Positions 1-10,130 are shown, counted from the stretch's first letter. The stretch is 64,000 nt of DNA from Myxococcota bacterium (GCA_963674735.2 CAXXQS010000002.1:1696001-1760000), one strand, 5' to 3'. Numbers and translations are program-made. Notes: generated from the letters alone by a model not told the origin.

Positions 1-256
1 CGATGGTGACAGGACCCCAGACGAATGAACTGATCGTGTTCAGCAGTTCCAAATCGGCCTCCCGGTTTCGTGCGTAGATTGTATTCGATTACCGCAGGTG
101 GGATGGATTGTCAACCGCATCCTTTGTGGTGGTCGAGTTTCGAATAATCCGCCCAAAGCTTTCATCACCTTGTTTGAAACGAAAACCTTGAATCATTTCC
201 GAAATTTTGGTAGTCAAGACCAAATAAAATGAGTATGTTGAATCAAGGTAGCATCG

Positions 257-955
257 ATGTCCACCGACAAAAAAAAGACCGACCGCATGGCGGATATGGA
301 AAAAGTGAACCCGCAACTGTGGGAGCGAGTTCTTCAACCCGATCAGTTGATTCGTATTCGTTTCCCAAAGGAAGACGGCGGGTTCGCTCTGGACAGCAAG
401 GTTCTGGCTCTCGATCGGAACACGGTTTACAGCGCCGGATTGGAAGATTTGACTGTTAATCCTGGAGCGTTGGCGCAGATTTCCTTTTTTACCGAAAAGG
501 CCATATACAGCTTCGTTACGCGATTAATCGAACGTCGACCGGTGGATGAGCCCCTGATTGGTCCCTTGCTTGCCTTTGAAAAACCCGTGGCCTGGAAACG
601 CATTCAGCGAAGATCGGATTTCCGATTGGAATGGCATTTTCCCGTGAATGTTCGGTTCCTGTCGCACCCCGATGATTTGTTTAAAGCTCGAAACGTGAAC
701 ATCAGTGCATCGGGGATGCTGCTGGCGATGGAACGCTACCCGTCTATCGGTGATAAACTGAGCCTTGATTTCAACCTTCCCGGCGAGGATGATCCTTTTC
801 ATGCCGAAGCCGAGGTGATTCGGCAGGCCGTGCGTCAGGAAGGTGATCGGGAGCTTTTTCAGTTCGCTATCCGCCTCACTTTGTTAAACGACCGAGACCG
901 AGACCGTCTAGCCCAGATCCTGTGGAAAAAAACCCGTGAAAGGATCATGAAATGA
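257..955 (+). CDS. PilZ-domain c-di-GMP receptor, YcgR/flagellar brake-like
   Basis: RxxxR (QRRSDFR) and [DN]xSxxG (NISASG) motifs; two-domain 232 aa architecture; sits at the head of a flagellar cluster. Confidence 0.85.
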   Translation: MSTDKKKTDRMADMEKVNPQLWERVLQPDQLIRIRFPKEDGGFALDSKVLALDRNTVYSAGLEDLTVNPGALAQISFFTEKAIYSFVTRLIERRPVDEPLIGPLLAFEKPVAWKRIQRRSDFRLEWHFPVNVRFLSHPDDLFKARNVNISASGMLLAMERYPSIGDKLSLDFNLPGEDDPFHAEAEVIRQAVRQEGDRELFQFAIRLTLLNDRDRDRLAQILWKKTRERIMK

Positions 956-3522
956 TCGCAAGGCTGTTGGATTTACGTCACCTTGTGATTGGATCCGGTT
1001 TTGTTTTTTGGATGATCTTTTCGAGCATCAATCCGCTTGAAGCGGCTTCGTCCGATCGATCCCTGGTTTTGGTGGTTGACCGTTCCCAAATTGGTTTGCA
1101 ACATGATGTCAGCCAGCATGTTTTGCCTGCTGCGGAATTGGCCATCGGTGTTTCTCCGACTTCCATGAACTGTGGTGTCGTTGCAGTGGGAGAGAAAGCG
1201 GAAGTGGCGGCTCGGCTTCGATCGCCTTGGACGTCAAAACGGTTAAGGGAAAAATTCGCCGTACTTCGACGTCAAGCGCATTTGGGTCAGGAATTGGATC
1301 TGGATGTCGGTTTGCTCGAGGCTCTTCGCTTGATCAAAAAGAAACGTGGTTCAAAAGGGGTGATCCTCGCGGTTGTAACCAACCCAGCTCCATTGGATCC
1401 TATTGAAAAAACGATAAAGTTATTAAAAAAATCTGAGGTTCGACTTCATGTTGTCGCGTTGAAAGCGGCGGCTCCTCCGATTGAATGGGAGAAGGCGGCG
1501 CAGGCGACGGGGGGGATTTTAAAGGTTTGCGATGTTGTAACGGATCTCGAGAGATGTTTGTTGGATGCGTTTATGGTTGCGGCAGGACCTCAACAGCTTC
1601 CTCTGAATGACTCGTCATTTCAGATCGACCCCTACTCGCGCATTATCCGGATTGTCGCCCGTTCCACGGGATCGGTGAAACCGGTATTGCTTGGACCTGG
1701 CGGGATTCGTATTGACGCCGCAAAGCCCGCGATGTATGGCCGCAAAGGAATTTTTGTTCAAGAATTTCATTTCCACTCCATGTTTCAGTTGAAGAATCCG
1801 AAGCCGGGCAATTGGAAAATAGAGCACGTCGATTTGAAAGGCGTGAACGCTTTTATTGAATCCCAGCAGCGGGTTGAAGTTCTGGTGCCCCGCCGCCGAT
1901 TTGTTGAGACCGAACTGTTACCCGTTGCTGCGTATCTTGCGCGCAAAGGAGTGGTTGTCAAATTACCGGGTTCTGAACAAATGGAAGGTTTCGTCGTTAA
2001 ATTGGTGAATGATGATGGCGATGCCATTGCCAGTTCGACCATGCTGGATGACGGTAGTTTTCCCGATGCGCGTAAAGGTGACGGCGTTTATTCCGTTGTC
2101 TTACCGCTGAATCACCACACCGGGATGCAAACCATCCAAGTCGAGGCGCGAACCCAGGCTCTGGCCAGACGGCGTTTGGAGCGTATCGAGGTTATGCCTG
2201 GAAACTGGGTTGAAAAACTTGAGCCTGCGGACGAGATTGAGATGGGGCGGACGCCGCTTACAACGGTGATGCTCTCTCAAGCTCTCCCGCTGGATAGCAG
2301 TACGGTTGTTATGGCGCGTTTGGGAAGCAGCAAGGAATACCTTCTCAAGCAAGCTCGTGGAAATCCCTACCAATGGGGAGGGTTACTGCCGACTCCAACG
2401 ACTCCGGGGCACCTGACGTTGCATATTTTCAAACGCAATTCATCGGTTCCCTGGCTGAGAGATGAACAATCGGTGCTGTATCCTATTCGTGTCAAGGAAG
2501 CGCTGAACGAAGAGGTCGCAACTTCACCGATGGTTGTTTTGTTCGTTCTTCTCGTGGTCCTCAACTCCGGTGCCATGTTGTATATGCTGGTTCGCTATTT
2601 GCGTCGGCCTAAGCCGGTTTTGGTTCAGGAAACGGGAGAGTTTGAGCCCGAGGACCGGTTTGTCGAGCATGAAGTGGAAGAATCGATTCCGGACTCACCC
2701 GAGCCGGTCAAAATGAGAGTGGAAGCACGAATCATCACACCGGAAGCGGAAAAGCACGAGGGAGTTGTCTCCAACGTCGGCGAGCGACTCGGGGAGGTAT
2801 TGGGTTCTCATATAGAGGCTTCAGAGCAAGATGATATTGTTGTTCCGGATTTTTCCGCGGATGAACTCGATCGGGATTCTGATTCGGAATGGGTGACGGG
2901 GGATGCCTTGGATCGCGTCCAAACCTGGTTTAACAAGGATGATAAACCGGAGGATAGCGATTCCCGGGAAACAGGTTCCGAAGATGAACAACCCGATTCT
3001 GAAGAGGCAACTGATGAGTCCGACTTGTCGGCGGAAGAGGTAGAAGAAGAAATACCGGGTGAAGAAGGAAAACCGGATGCGGCTGAAAGCGAATCTGGTG
3101 ATCCGGTGGAATCGGTTGACGAAGATGACCTGGGATCGGAAGAACCTGAAACCGTGGAAATACCGGCTGAGGCGAGCAAGGGGGAAATGAACGCCGATCA
3201 GGCCATGAATGCGACGGCCTCACTCCTTGATTCCTTGATCTCGTCCAGTTCGGACGAAGAGACGGGATTGTCTGAGATGGCGACGGCGCTCGGTTTGGTT
3301 GACAACGCGGAGTCCGGTGACGAAGATCAGGTCATATCTGGCGATGACGACCCGGATGCACAAGTGGAGCCGGCCGCGCGGATCGTTACGGATGACGATG
3401 AGTTGGGGGGCTTGTTGGATGAGGATCTGCGGGCGATGTTATCCCAACAGGAAAAAGTCGGGGCTTTGGCGGATACCCTTCCTGATGCGGATGCTTCGGA
3501 AGAAGAGCCGGACTCTCCATGA
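952..3522 (+). CDS. vWA-domain membrane protein with TIGR03503-like extracytoplasmic region, one TM helix and a long acidic cytoplasmic tail
   Basis: Signal-like N-terminus; degenerate MIDAS (LVLVVDRSQ); LPLNDSSFQID...NPKPGNWKI and LDDGSFPDARKGDGVYS motifs; TM MVVLFVLLVVLNSGAMLYMLV; D/E-rich C-terminal third; ATGA overlap with the PilZ gene. Confidence 0.65.
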   Translation: MIARLLDLRHLVIGSGFVFWMIFSSINPLEAASSDRSLVLVVDRSQIGLQHDVSQHVLPAAELAIGVSPTSMNCGVVAVGEKAEVAARLRSPWTSKRLREKFAVLRRQAHLGQELDLDVGLLEALRLIKKKRGSKGVILAVVTNPAPLDPIEKTIKLLKKSEVRLHVVALKAAAPPIEWEKAAQATGGILKVCDVVTDLERCLLDAFMVAAGPQQLPLNDSSFQIDPYSRIIRIVARSTGSVKPVLLGPGGIRIDAAKPAMYGRKGIFVQEFHFHSMFQLKNPKPGNWKIEHVDLKGVNAFIESQQRVEVLVPRRRFVETELLPVAAYLARKGVVVKLPGSEQMEGFVVKLVNDDGDAIASSTMLDDGSFPDARKGDGVYSVVLPLNHHTGMQTIQVEARTQALARRRLERIEVMPGNWVEKLEPADEIEMGRTPLTTVMLSQALPLDSSTVVMARLGSSKEYLLKQARGNPYQWGGLLPTPTTPGHLTLHIFKRNSSVPWLRDEQSVLYPIRVKEALNEEVATSPMVVLFVLLVVLNSGAMLYMLVRYLRRPKPVLVQETGEFEPEDRFVEHEVEESIPDSPEPVKMRVEARIITPEAEKHEGVVSNVGERLGEVLGSHIEASEQDDIVVPDFSADELDRDSDSEWVTGDALDRVQTWFNKDDKPEDSDSRETGSEDEQPDSEEATDESDLSAEEVEEEIPGEEGKPDAAESESGDPVESVDEDDLGSEEPETVEIPAEASKGEMNADQAMNATASLLDSLISSSSDEETGLSEMATALGLVDNAESGDEDQVISGDDDPDAQVEPAARIVTDDDELGGLLDEDLRAMLSQQEKVGALADTLPDADASEEEPDSP

Positions 3523-3538
3523 TTTGTGTCATTAAAAT

Positions 3539-3593
3539 GTCGAAACCATGACGAAATTCAAAGCTGCCGTCCGTTGAAAGTCAAAGGGTTGAC
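3539..3593. promoter_or_regulatory. Two FleQ/FlrA-like upstream activator boxes (GTCR-N6-TGAC)
   Basis: GTCGAAACCATGAC at 3539-3552 and GTCAAAGGGTTGAC at 3580-3593, about 90-130 bp upstream of a sigma54 promoter. Confidence 0.55.
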
Positions 3594-3682
3594 GATTTTG
3601 CCTAGTGCCTGAACCTTTTTTCCCAATCCTTAACATGCTGATATTATAGACAAAAACCATTAAGATGGGGTTTGTTGCCGGT

Positions 3683-3699
3683 CTGGCACGCCATTTGCT
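3683..3699 (+). promoter_or_regulatory. sigma54 -24/-12 promoter
   Basis: CTGGCACGCCATTTGCT, near-perfect TGGCACG-N4-TTGC with GG-N10-GC spacing. Confidence 0.85.
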
Positions 3700-3737
3700 C
3701 TCCTCTTCATTCGTCAAAAGTGAAGAGAGGTGGCATC

Positions 3738-6125
3738 GTGAAGGCCCTACATTCCATTCTGATTTACACAATATTGACGCTGAATGCGATCTGTGTACTC
3801 TCCGGGGTCGCCACCGCCCAGACGATGATGACCCTCTCGCTCGAAGTCAATCGCCAAACACTCTATTCCATTGATAAGGGAGAAAACGCCGGTGAACTGA
3901 CTTTAACTGTCGAGGGTTATCCTGAAGATCTGTTGTCACAGCTCGAATCCCAATTCAATGAGCACTTGGTGGCGATAAAAGTGATCGATCGGACTCCGGC
4001 GCGTATGCAACTGACGATGATTATATTTCCGGTCGTCTTCGAGTTTTCACATCTTCGACGTGTTCAACCGCAACAGATACAGATCAGTCTGATATTCGAC
4101 AATACATCCCAGTCGAAAATGGTTTCGACCATTCCTCCTTTGCCGGTATGGGAAATGCTCGAAGATGGAACGATTATACTGCCGCCCGCCGAGTACCAAA
4201 AAGTGGCTGGACCGGAAGGAGTTGCCAAGGAATTTCGCAACGCTTTGAGCTTCTTTGAGCTCGGCGCCTATTCGACGGCACGAAACAAGTTACAGGAGCT
4301 TTTAAAGTCCGGCAATGGGGAATTGTGGCAGGAAAGCCTTACTTTGCTTGGCGAGACGATGTTCAATGAGGCTTTTTACAGCGGGTCATCCATGTACGAC
4401 GCTCGTCGAGCGTTGGGGATTGCCGAGCAGGAGAGCAAGCAGGATATCTGGCGGAGCCGGGCTCTTTTACTGCTTTCCTGGGCGCACACATTTTCAGGGG
4501 ACTTGAAAAACGGGGCGATCTATTTCGAACGAGGGGCGAAAACATACCCAATATTGAAGCCTTATTTTGTTTTAGGTCGCCTGCAAGTTGCCGTGTCACG
4601 TGATGAGATAGATTTGGCGCGTGAGCTTGTCCGTGAGGTGAAGCAAGTTAAGAATCTGCCGGAAGAAGCCATAACCAAGCTGTGTTTTTCCGAGGTTCTC
4701 TTGGTTCTGCGTTCCGGTGATGTCGCGAAAGCGAATAAACTGGCCGATTCATGCATGAAGCAATTTGATCGTGCCGGAGTGCTGGATGTCGGCCAACTTC
4801 TGGCCGTTGCCGAAGCGCGACTTCTAGCTTATCGCTACGGCGAGGCCAAGGATATGCTGAACCGCGTGATGCGTGATTTTGCCGATCATCCCAAGGCGGC
4901 TCTTGCCGCCATGCGACTGGGAGATGCCTTGTTTTTCGAGAATCGCTGGACGGAAGCTCAAGGCGCATATGAGTTGTGTGTCCAGCGATGGCCGGGTAGC
5001 TCTTACGCGCGGCTGGCAGAGATTAAGGGGAAGGAACTGGCTAAACGCCAGGAGCGGGTTCTCAACCCGATGAAAGTGTATACCGAATTGGATATGCACC
5101 ACGAGCCGGAGCCGGTTGGACGCGAGAGCAAACTTCGGCTGATGTGGTATTACGATGAAGACGGTGTGTATGATCAAGCCTATATCTACTTGGTTGAGGT
5201 TGTACGCCGTTATAATGGAATGAAATACTGGCCCTTCCAGCGTGACCGCTTATCGCGGATTGTGTCGAAAGCCTATGAGTACCTGGCGGAAAACGAAGAC
5301 CATCTCAACATTATCAAACTCTATCAGGCCAAAGAGGATTTTCCGCTGAATCAGCGCGCGCTTGACCGTGTGTCGGTGTTGGTGGCCAATGCTTATGCGG
5401 CTTTGGGAAAATTTCAACTGGCTGTGGACGCCTATCTGGAGGCCTTGGCCAACAAAGAGCGTACGCCTGAAGGTGAGCGAAACCTGCTGGTTGGCTTGAC
5501 GCAGGCTTATATGGCGGAAGGGGATCTTTATCGAGCTGAAAAAACACAGGAGTATTTCGGGAATCGATTCAACAAACCCGAAGATGAACGTGTACACAAT
5601 CTCCTGATGGGTGAGATTCTGGAAGCCCGTGGAGACATGGAGGAATCCCTCAAAACCTATGAGCGTGTTATCGAAGCCACGACGGACCCAGCCGAGCGAA
5701 GACGCTTGTCGTTTAAAATCGGACGCGTGTTTTATCGTCAGCAGCGTTTCGAGAAAGCCACGCTTGCCTTGGCTCCCGCTTTAGAACATTTTCTGGACCC
5801 CAATCTCATCATCGATCCTGACGTGATTCCCGAAACGGTGAGAAACGCCATGTTTTTCCTCGCGGATAGTTATTACCGGGTGCGCATGTTCAGGGAGAGT
5901 TCGGACGTTTATTTACGGATTATCAGCCTGTTTCCGAAAGATAGCCGGGTTCCGATCGCGCATTACTATGCTGCGGAGGGTTTGGTTATGAGCGACCGAA
6001 AAGAACTGGCGATGAAAGAATATGACACGCTGAAGAACATGGATGACCCGTTCTGGCAGGAGGTCGGAAGTCTGAAGGCCGCCATCTCGGAGTGGTTTGT
6101 CAAGCACGATTTGCTGGATTACTGA
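3738..6125 (+). CDS. Large exported tetratricopeptide-repeat protein, flagellar-cluster associated
   Basis: GTG start after GAGAGG RBS (the ORF-track start at 3672 would overlap the sigma54 promoter); signal peptide ending ATA-Q; multiple TPR helices (e.g. AAMRLGDALFFENRWTEAQGAYELCVQRWPGS). Confidence 0.8.
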   Translation: MKALHSILIYTILTLNAICVLSGVATAQTMMTLSLEVNRQTLYSIDKGENAGELTLTVEGYPEDLLSQLESQFNEHLVAIKVIDRTPARMQLTMIIFPVVFEFSHLRRVQPQQIQISLIFDNTSQSKMVSTIPPLPVWEMLEDGTIILPPAEYQKVAGPEGVAKEFRNALSFFELGAYSTARNKLQELLKSGNGELWQESLTLLGETMFNEAFYSGSSMYDARRALGIAEQESKQDIWRSRALLLLSWAHTFSGDLKNGAIYFERGAKTYPILKPYFVLGRLQVAVSRDEIDLARELVREVKQVKNLPEEAITKLCFSEVLLVLRSGDVAKANKLADSCMKQFDRAGVLDVGQLLAVAEARLLAYRYGEAKDMLNRVMRDFADHPKAALAAMRLGDALFFENRWTEAQGAYELCVQRWPGSSYARLAEIKGKELAKRQERVLNPMKVYTELDMHHEPEPVGRESKLRLMWYYDEDGVYDQAYIYLVEVVRRYNGMKYWPFQRDRLSRIVSKAYEYLAENEDHLNIIKLYQAKEDFPLNQRALDRVSVLVANAYAALGKFQLAVDAYLEALANKERTPEGERNLLVGLTQAYMAEGDLYRAEKTQEYFGNRFNKPEDERVHNLLMGEILEARGDMEESLKTYERVIEATTDPAERRRLSFKIGRVFYRQQRFEKATLALAPALEHFLDPNLIIDPDVIPETVRNAMFFLADSYYRVRMFRESSDVYLRIISLFPKDSRVPIAHYYAAEGLVMSDRKELAMKEYDTLKNMDDPFWQEVGSLKAAISEWFVKHDLLDY

Positions 6126-6139
6126 GAAAGGAATCCACG

Positions 6140-7162
6140 ATGAGTATTTCTCAACAAGCGGAACGCGTAGATGTGGATCAAACAGAAGGGCGGATGGCAA
6201 TACCTGTCATCGCTGCGCCACTGATTCTCACCCGAGATGAAAAAATGGATGCCTTGATGAAGATGGCACAAGTGGTGTCACAATATCAGACACCCGTGTT
6301 GATCGAGGGTGAAAGCGGGACCGGCAAAGAGTTGATGGCTCGCTACATCCATGTCAATTCGGAACGCGCTAAAGGGCCCTTTGTGGCGGTGAATTGTGCG
6401 GCGATCCCGGAACAGTTGCTGGAAAGCGAGTTGTTCGGATATGAGAAGGGAGCTTTCACCGGGGCTTTGGGTGGACGCTTGGGGAAATTCGAACAGGCCA
6501 ACGGCGGTACCATTTTGTTGGACGAAATCGGTGAGTTGGCTCCGGCGTTGCAAGTCAAGCTGCTGCGAGTTCTGCAGGAATACGAAGTGGATCGATTGGG
6601 GGGACGTCAAGCGATACCGGTGGATGTTCGCGTGATTGCAACCACGAATCGTTCCCTGAAAAAACTGGCGGCTCAGGGCTCGTTTCGGGATGATTTGTAT
6701 TATCGCATCAATGTGTTTCCGCTCAAGCTGCCGCCGTTGCGGCAACGTCTGGACGATTTGAAGATCCTGGTTCCGCATTTTATCTGTAAATACAACCATG
6801 ATGAAGTGAAGGAAGTCGACGCCAATGTTTACGAGATGCTGCGGCATAGTGGATGGCGGGGCAATATCCGCGAACTGGAAAACGTGATTACGCGTGCGGT
6901 GGTGTTATCGCATGGTTTACCGCGGATTTTGGCCGAGCACATCGTCTTTGAAGAAGTGGAAGACGAAACCATGTCGGATGAGGACTTGCTGCCTTCCGGC
7001 ATGACGTTACGAGAAATGGAAAAACGGCTGATTTTGAAAACCCTGCACGAATATGAAGGAAACCGCACTCACGCCTCTCAGGTTCTCAATATTTCGGTGC
7101 GAACCCTGCGGAACAAGCTGAAAGAGTATCGTGAGAACGGAGAATTGACAGAGCTGGTATGA
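6140..7162 (+). CDS. sigma54-dependent transcriptional activator (AAA+ and Fis HTH) without a receiver domain
   Basis: GESGTGKE Walker A, GAFTGA, LLDEIGE Walker B, FRDDLYYR, WRGNIREL, C-terminal HTH; ATG at 6140 after AAGGA. Confidence 0.9.
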   Translation: MSISQQAERVDVDQTEGRMAIPVIAAPLILTRDEKMDALMKMAQVVSQYQTPVLIEGESGTGKELMARYIHVNSERAKGPFVAVNCAAIPEQLLESELFGYEKGAFTGALGGRLGKFEQANGGTILLDEIGELAPALQVKLLRVLQEYEVDRLGGRQAIPVDVRVIATTNRSLKKLAAQGSFRDDLYYRINVFPLKLPPLRQRLDDLKILVPHFICKYNHDEVKEVDANVYEMLRHSGWRGNIRELENVITRAVVLSHGLPRILAEHIVFEEVEDETMSDEDLLPSGMTLREMEKRLILKTLHEYEGNRTHASQVLNISVRTLRNKLKEYRENGELTELV

Positions 7163-7168
7163 CAAAAT

Positions 7169-7203
7169 GGGAAATTATTGCCGCGCCAGAGGAAGAATCT
7201 GCC
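7169..7203. promoter_or_regulatory. Tandem ftr-like (GGCAA-N4-TTGCC-like) activator boxes
   Basis: GGGAAATTATTGCC at 7169-7182 and AGGAAGAATCTGCC at 7190-7203, 21 bp apart, upstream of the flgB sigma54 promoter. Confidence 0.4.
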
Positions 7204-7267
7204 TAGCCGGGTGTCGAAAATGGGCGTTCGATGCCGAAAATGAAGGATCTTTGGGCTTGAAAATGGA

Positions 7268-7284
7268 TTGGCATGGAAGTCGCA
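7268..7284 (+). promoter_or_regulatory. sigma54 -24/-12 promoter of the flgB operon
   Basis: TTGGCATGGAAGTCGCA, GG-N10-GC spacing, about 50 bp before flgB. Confidence 0.75.
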
Positions 7285-7335
7285 TCGATACTGTATCCGG
7301 TGGTTATATAGCTGGAGAATCGACAGGATTTTGAC

Positions 7336-7734
7336 ATGAAACTTTTCGACGCAATCATACAGGGCCTGCATAAAAACATGGATCTGCGGCTTGAGCGGCA
7401 GAACCTGATCAACACCAATATCGCCAATGCGGAAACCCCGGGCTATCGTCCCATCGATTTGGATTTCAAGGAAGAACTGGCGCGGTTGCTTCGGCAAGAC
7501 GACGAACCGATCGGCGCGACCAGTGGAGGCCATATGGGTGGTGTGCCCAGCTTTGATGATGTTCGTGGAGAGGTCATCGAACAAGCCGGTGAGAACGGTG
7601 CCGACGGCAATGCCGTCGATGTGGATCGTCAGATGGCGGAACTGAGTTCCAATGCCTTCAACTACCGTGCTTCCGCCAAGCTGGTTAGTAAGAAAATGGC
7701 TCTTTTAAAGTACGTCATCAACGAATCGAGGTAA
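7336..7734 (+). CDS. flgB: Flagellar basal-body rod protein FlgB
   Basis: NIANAETPGY and DGNAVDVD motifs. Confidence 0.95.
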   Translation: MKLFDAIIQGLHKNMDLRLERQNLINTNIANAETPGYRPIDLDFKEELARLLRQDDEPIGATSGGHMGGVPSFDDVRGEVIEQAGENGADGNAVDVDRQMAELSSNAFNYRASAKLVSKKMALLKYVINESR

Positions 7735-7737
7735 GCC

Positions 7738-8169
7738 ATGGACTTTGATACCGCTATTCGCATCGCCGCCAGCGGCATGTCGGCCAATAAGCTTCGGTTG
7801 AATTTGCTGACGTCGAATCTGGCCAATGCACAGACGACACGAAGTGAAAACGGAGGCCCCTATCAGCGGCGTGATGCAGTCTTTCGGACCTCGCAGGCGG
7901 TGGACAGCTTCGAGCAGTTATTATCCGACATCCAGGCTGAACACGCAAACGGTGTGGAAGTGACCAGCGTCATCAAGCAAAACAAATTCCGCGAAGTCTA
8001 CGACCCCAGTCATCCCGACTCCAATGACAAAGGCTATGTTTTGATGCCGGACATCAACGTGGTTGAAGAAATGGTCGATATGCTGGCGACGTCGCGCAGT
8101 TACGAAGCCAATGTTCAGGCGATCAAGGCTCTCAAGGCCATGGCCAATCAAGCTTTGAACATCGGTTAG
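7738..8169 (+). CDS. flgC: Flagellar basal-body rod protein FlgC
   Basis: ASGMSAN...SNLANAQTT, YDPSHPD, EEMVDM, RSYEAN motifs. Confidence 0.95.
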   Translation: MDFDTAIRIAASGMSANKLRLNLLTSNLANAQTTRSENGGPYQRRDAVFRTSQAVDSFEQLLSDIQAEHANGVEVTSVIKQNKFREVYDPSHPDSNDKGYVLMPDINVVEEMVDMLATSRSYEANVQAIKALKAMANQALNIG

Positions 8170-8188
8170 GATCGGAAAGGAGTGCGCC

Positions 8189-8503
8189 ATGGATAAAGTA
8201 TCCCTCAGCCCCAGTGCCGTCCGACAGGCGATGAGCCCCAACCGGCTGAAAGCCGTTGAGAAAAAAGACGAAGCGAAAGAGGCGCAATCATTCGGCGAGA
8301 TGCTGAAAAATTCAGTGGAAGACGTCAACAACACGCAGGCCACGGCCGACAAATCGATTGCCGAGTTTCTTAGCGGAGGCAACATCGGTTTGCATGAAAC
8401 CATGTTGAATGTGGAAAAAGCCGATGTTTCCCTGCGATTGCTGGTACAGGTACGCAACAAAGCTGTGGAAGCCTACCGCGAAATCATGCGGATGCAGGTT
8501 TAA
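8189..8503 (+). CDS. fliE: Hook-basal body protein FliE
   Basis: QVRNKAVEAYREIMRMQV C-terminus. Confidence 0.95.
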   Translation: MDKVSLSPSAVRQAMSPNRLKAVEKKDEAKEAQSFGEMLKNSVEDVNNTQATADKSIAEFLSGGNIGLHETMLNVEKADVSLRLLVQVRNKAVEAYREIMRMQV

Positions 8504-8528
8504 CGGCGAAGCGAGCAGGTAAGAGACG

Positions 8529-10130
8529 ATGCCTTCCGGATTTAAGCAAATGTTTGGTGATTTGGGCAAGCTTTACGGCGAACTCAATACCAACAAGAAA
8601 GTCATCATCGGTTCGGTGTTGGCGCTGATGATTACGGGCTTTGTGTATTTGATCGCCTTCGCCGATATGGTGGACTACGATTACCTGTTCACCAATATCA
8701 ACGAAGACGATGCGGGTGGGATTGTCAATTATCTGAAAGAAAAAAATATCCCTTTCAAGCTGGAAAGCCGCGCGGTTATGGTTCCGCGTCAGAAAGTGCA
8801 TGAGTTGCGGATGCAGCTGGCGGCAGAAGGGCTGCCGAAGGGCGAAGGGGTCGGGTTTGAAGTCTTCGATAAACAGAAGCTGGGAACCAGCAAATTCGTT
8901 CAGGACTTGAATCTGAAGCGAGCCCTTCAAGGGGAACTGGCACGGACGATCTCTCAGTTGGAAAAAGTCGAGATCGCTCGCGTTCACCTGGTGATGCCGA
9001 AGAAAACGCTGTTTAAAGAAGATGCCGTCGAGCCGAGCGCTTCGGTGGTAGTCAAGATGAAGGAGAACCAGAAGCTCACGGGTGATGAAGTTAAATCCAT
9101 GATTCATCTGGTCAGTTCCGCTGTTGAAAATCTGAATCCCAAAAACATCACGATTATCGATTCCGGCGGCAAGATGCTTTCCCGCGCGGCCAACGAGAAT
9201 GAAGAGAGCATTTTCGGATCGACTCCGTTGGAATATAAAAAGAATGTCGAGCGGGATTTGGCCGGCCGGGTGGAGGAAGTGGTCAGCCATATGGTCGGTT
9301 CCGGCAAAGTTGTGGCGAAAGTTACGGTGGAGCTGGATTTCAAAAAAGAAGAAAAAACCGAGGAAATGTTCGACCCGGACCAAGTGGTCGTGAGATCCGA
9401 ACGTCGAATCAAGGAAGCCCGAAAGAACGATGAAAACGTTGCCGGTGGTGTGCCGGGAACGCAGTCCAATACGCCTCAAGGTCCAGAAACCGCCGGAAAT
9501 CAGACATCTAACAGCGAGCGCGAGCGCCAGTTGGTTAATTACGAAATCAACAAGGTTGTGCGCCATACGGTGCGTGCCGCCGGAGATGTCAAGCGCTTGT
9601 CGGTAGCGGTATTGGTGGACGGAACCTACGAGCAGAAGGACGTGGATGGGGAACTGCAGAATAAATATGTTTCACGTAGCCCGGAAGAGCTTGATAAAAT
9701 TACCGCTTTGGTGAAAAGAGTGGTGGGCTATTCCGGTATCCGGGGTGATGAAGTCGCCGTCACCAACGTTCCGTTTGAAACGTCGATTCTGGACAGCGAG
9801 GAATCTCCGCAGACGTTCCTGGAAAAATACGATTTCATTCCGCAGGTGTTGCGCTACGGGATTATCCTGGTGCTCGCGATGGTGATGGTATTCTTCCTTT
9901 TCCGCCCTCTGGTTGAGTGGGTGATTTCCTTCCACGAGGAAGAACGTTTACGAGATATCGAGCGCCAGCAGGAAGACGTGGTGAAATCGATGGAGGAGCA
10001 GCTCATGGAGGTGCGTCAGACCATCGAGACGACGACGGTGGAGCATAAGAATAAGGTCAAAGAACTGGCAACGCAGGCGCCCGAGATGGTGGCGTCGGTG
10101 GTTCGTGCCTGGATCAATGCCGAGGAATAG
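8529..10130 (+). CDS. fliF: MS-ring protein FliF
   Basis: GFEVFD, RALQGELARTI, ARVHLV, RLSVAVLVDG; two TM segments. Confidence 0.95.
   Translation: MPSGFKQMFGDLGKLYGELNTNKKVIIGSVLALMITGFVYLIAFADMVDYDYLFTNINEDDAGGIVNYLKEKNIPFKLESRAVMVPRQKVHELRMQLAAEGLPKGEGVGFEVFDKQKLGTSKFVQDLNLKRALQGELARTISQLEKVEIARVHLVMPKKTLFKEDAVEPSASVVVKMKENQKLTGDEVKSMIHLVSSAVENLNPKNITIIDSGGKMLSRAANENEESIFGSTPLEYKKNVERDLAGRVEEVVSHMVGSGKVVAKVTVELDFKKEEKTEEMFDPDQVVVRSERRIKEARKNDENVAGGVPGTQSNTPQGPETAGNQTSNSERERQLVNYEINKVVRHTVRAAGDVKRLSVAVLVDGTYEQKDVDGELQNKYVSRSPEELDKITALVKRVVGYSGIRGDEVAVTNVPFETSILDSEESPQTFLEKYDFIPQVLRYGIILVLAMVMVFFLFRPLVEWVISFHEEERLRDIERQQEDVVKSMEEQLMEVRQTIETTTVEHKNKVKELATQAPEMVASVVRAWINAEE

Noticed and set aside
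1-256. Gene fragments at the left edge (89..337 -, 229..459 +, short frame ending at 77)
   Set aside because: No recognisable motifs; two overlap the PilZ gene; cannot be supported
8484-9566. Long antisense and alternate-frame ORFs (e.g. 8484..9566, 19902..20786, 27075..27962, 29225..30082, 60628..61611)
   Set aside because: Shadow ORFs of well-supported genes, expected from codon bias in GC-rich DNA; no motifs
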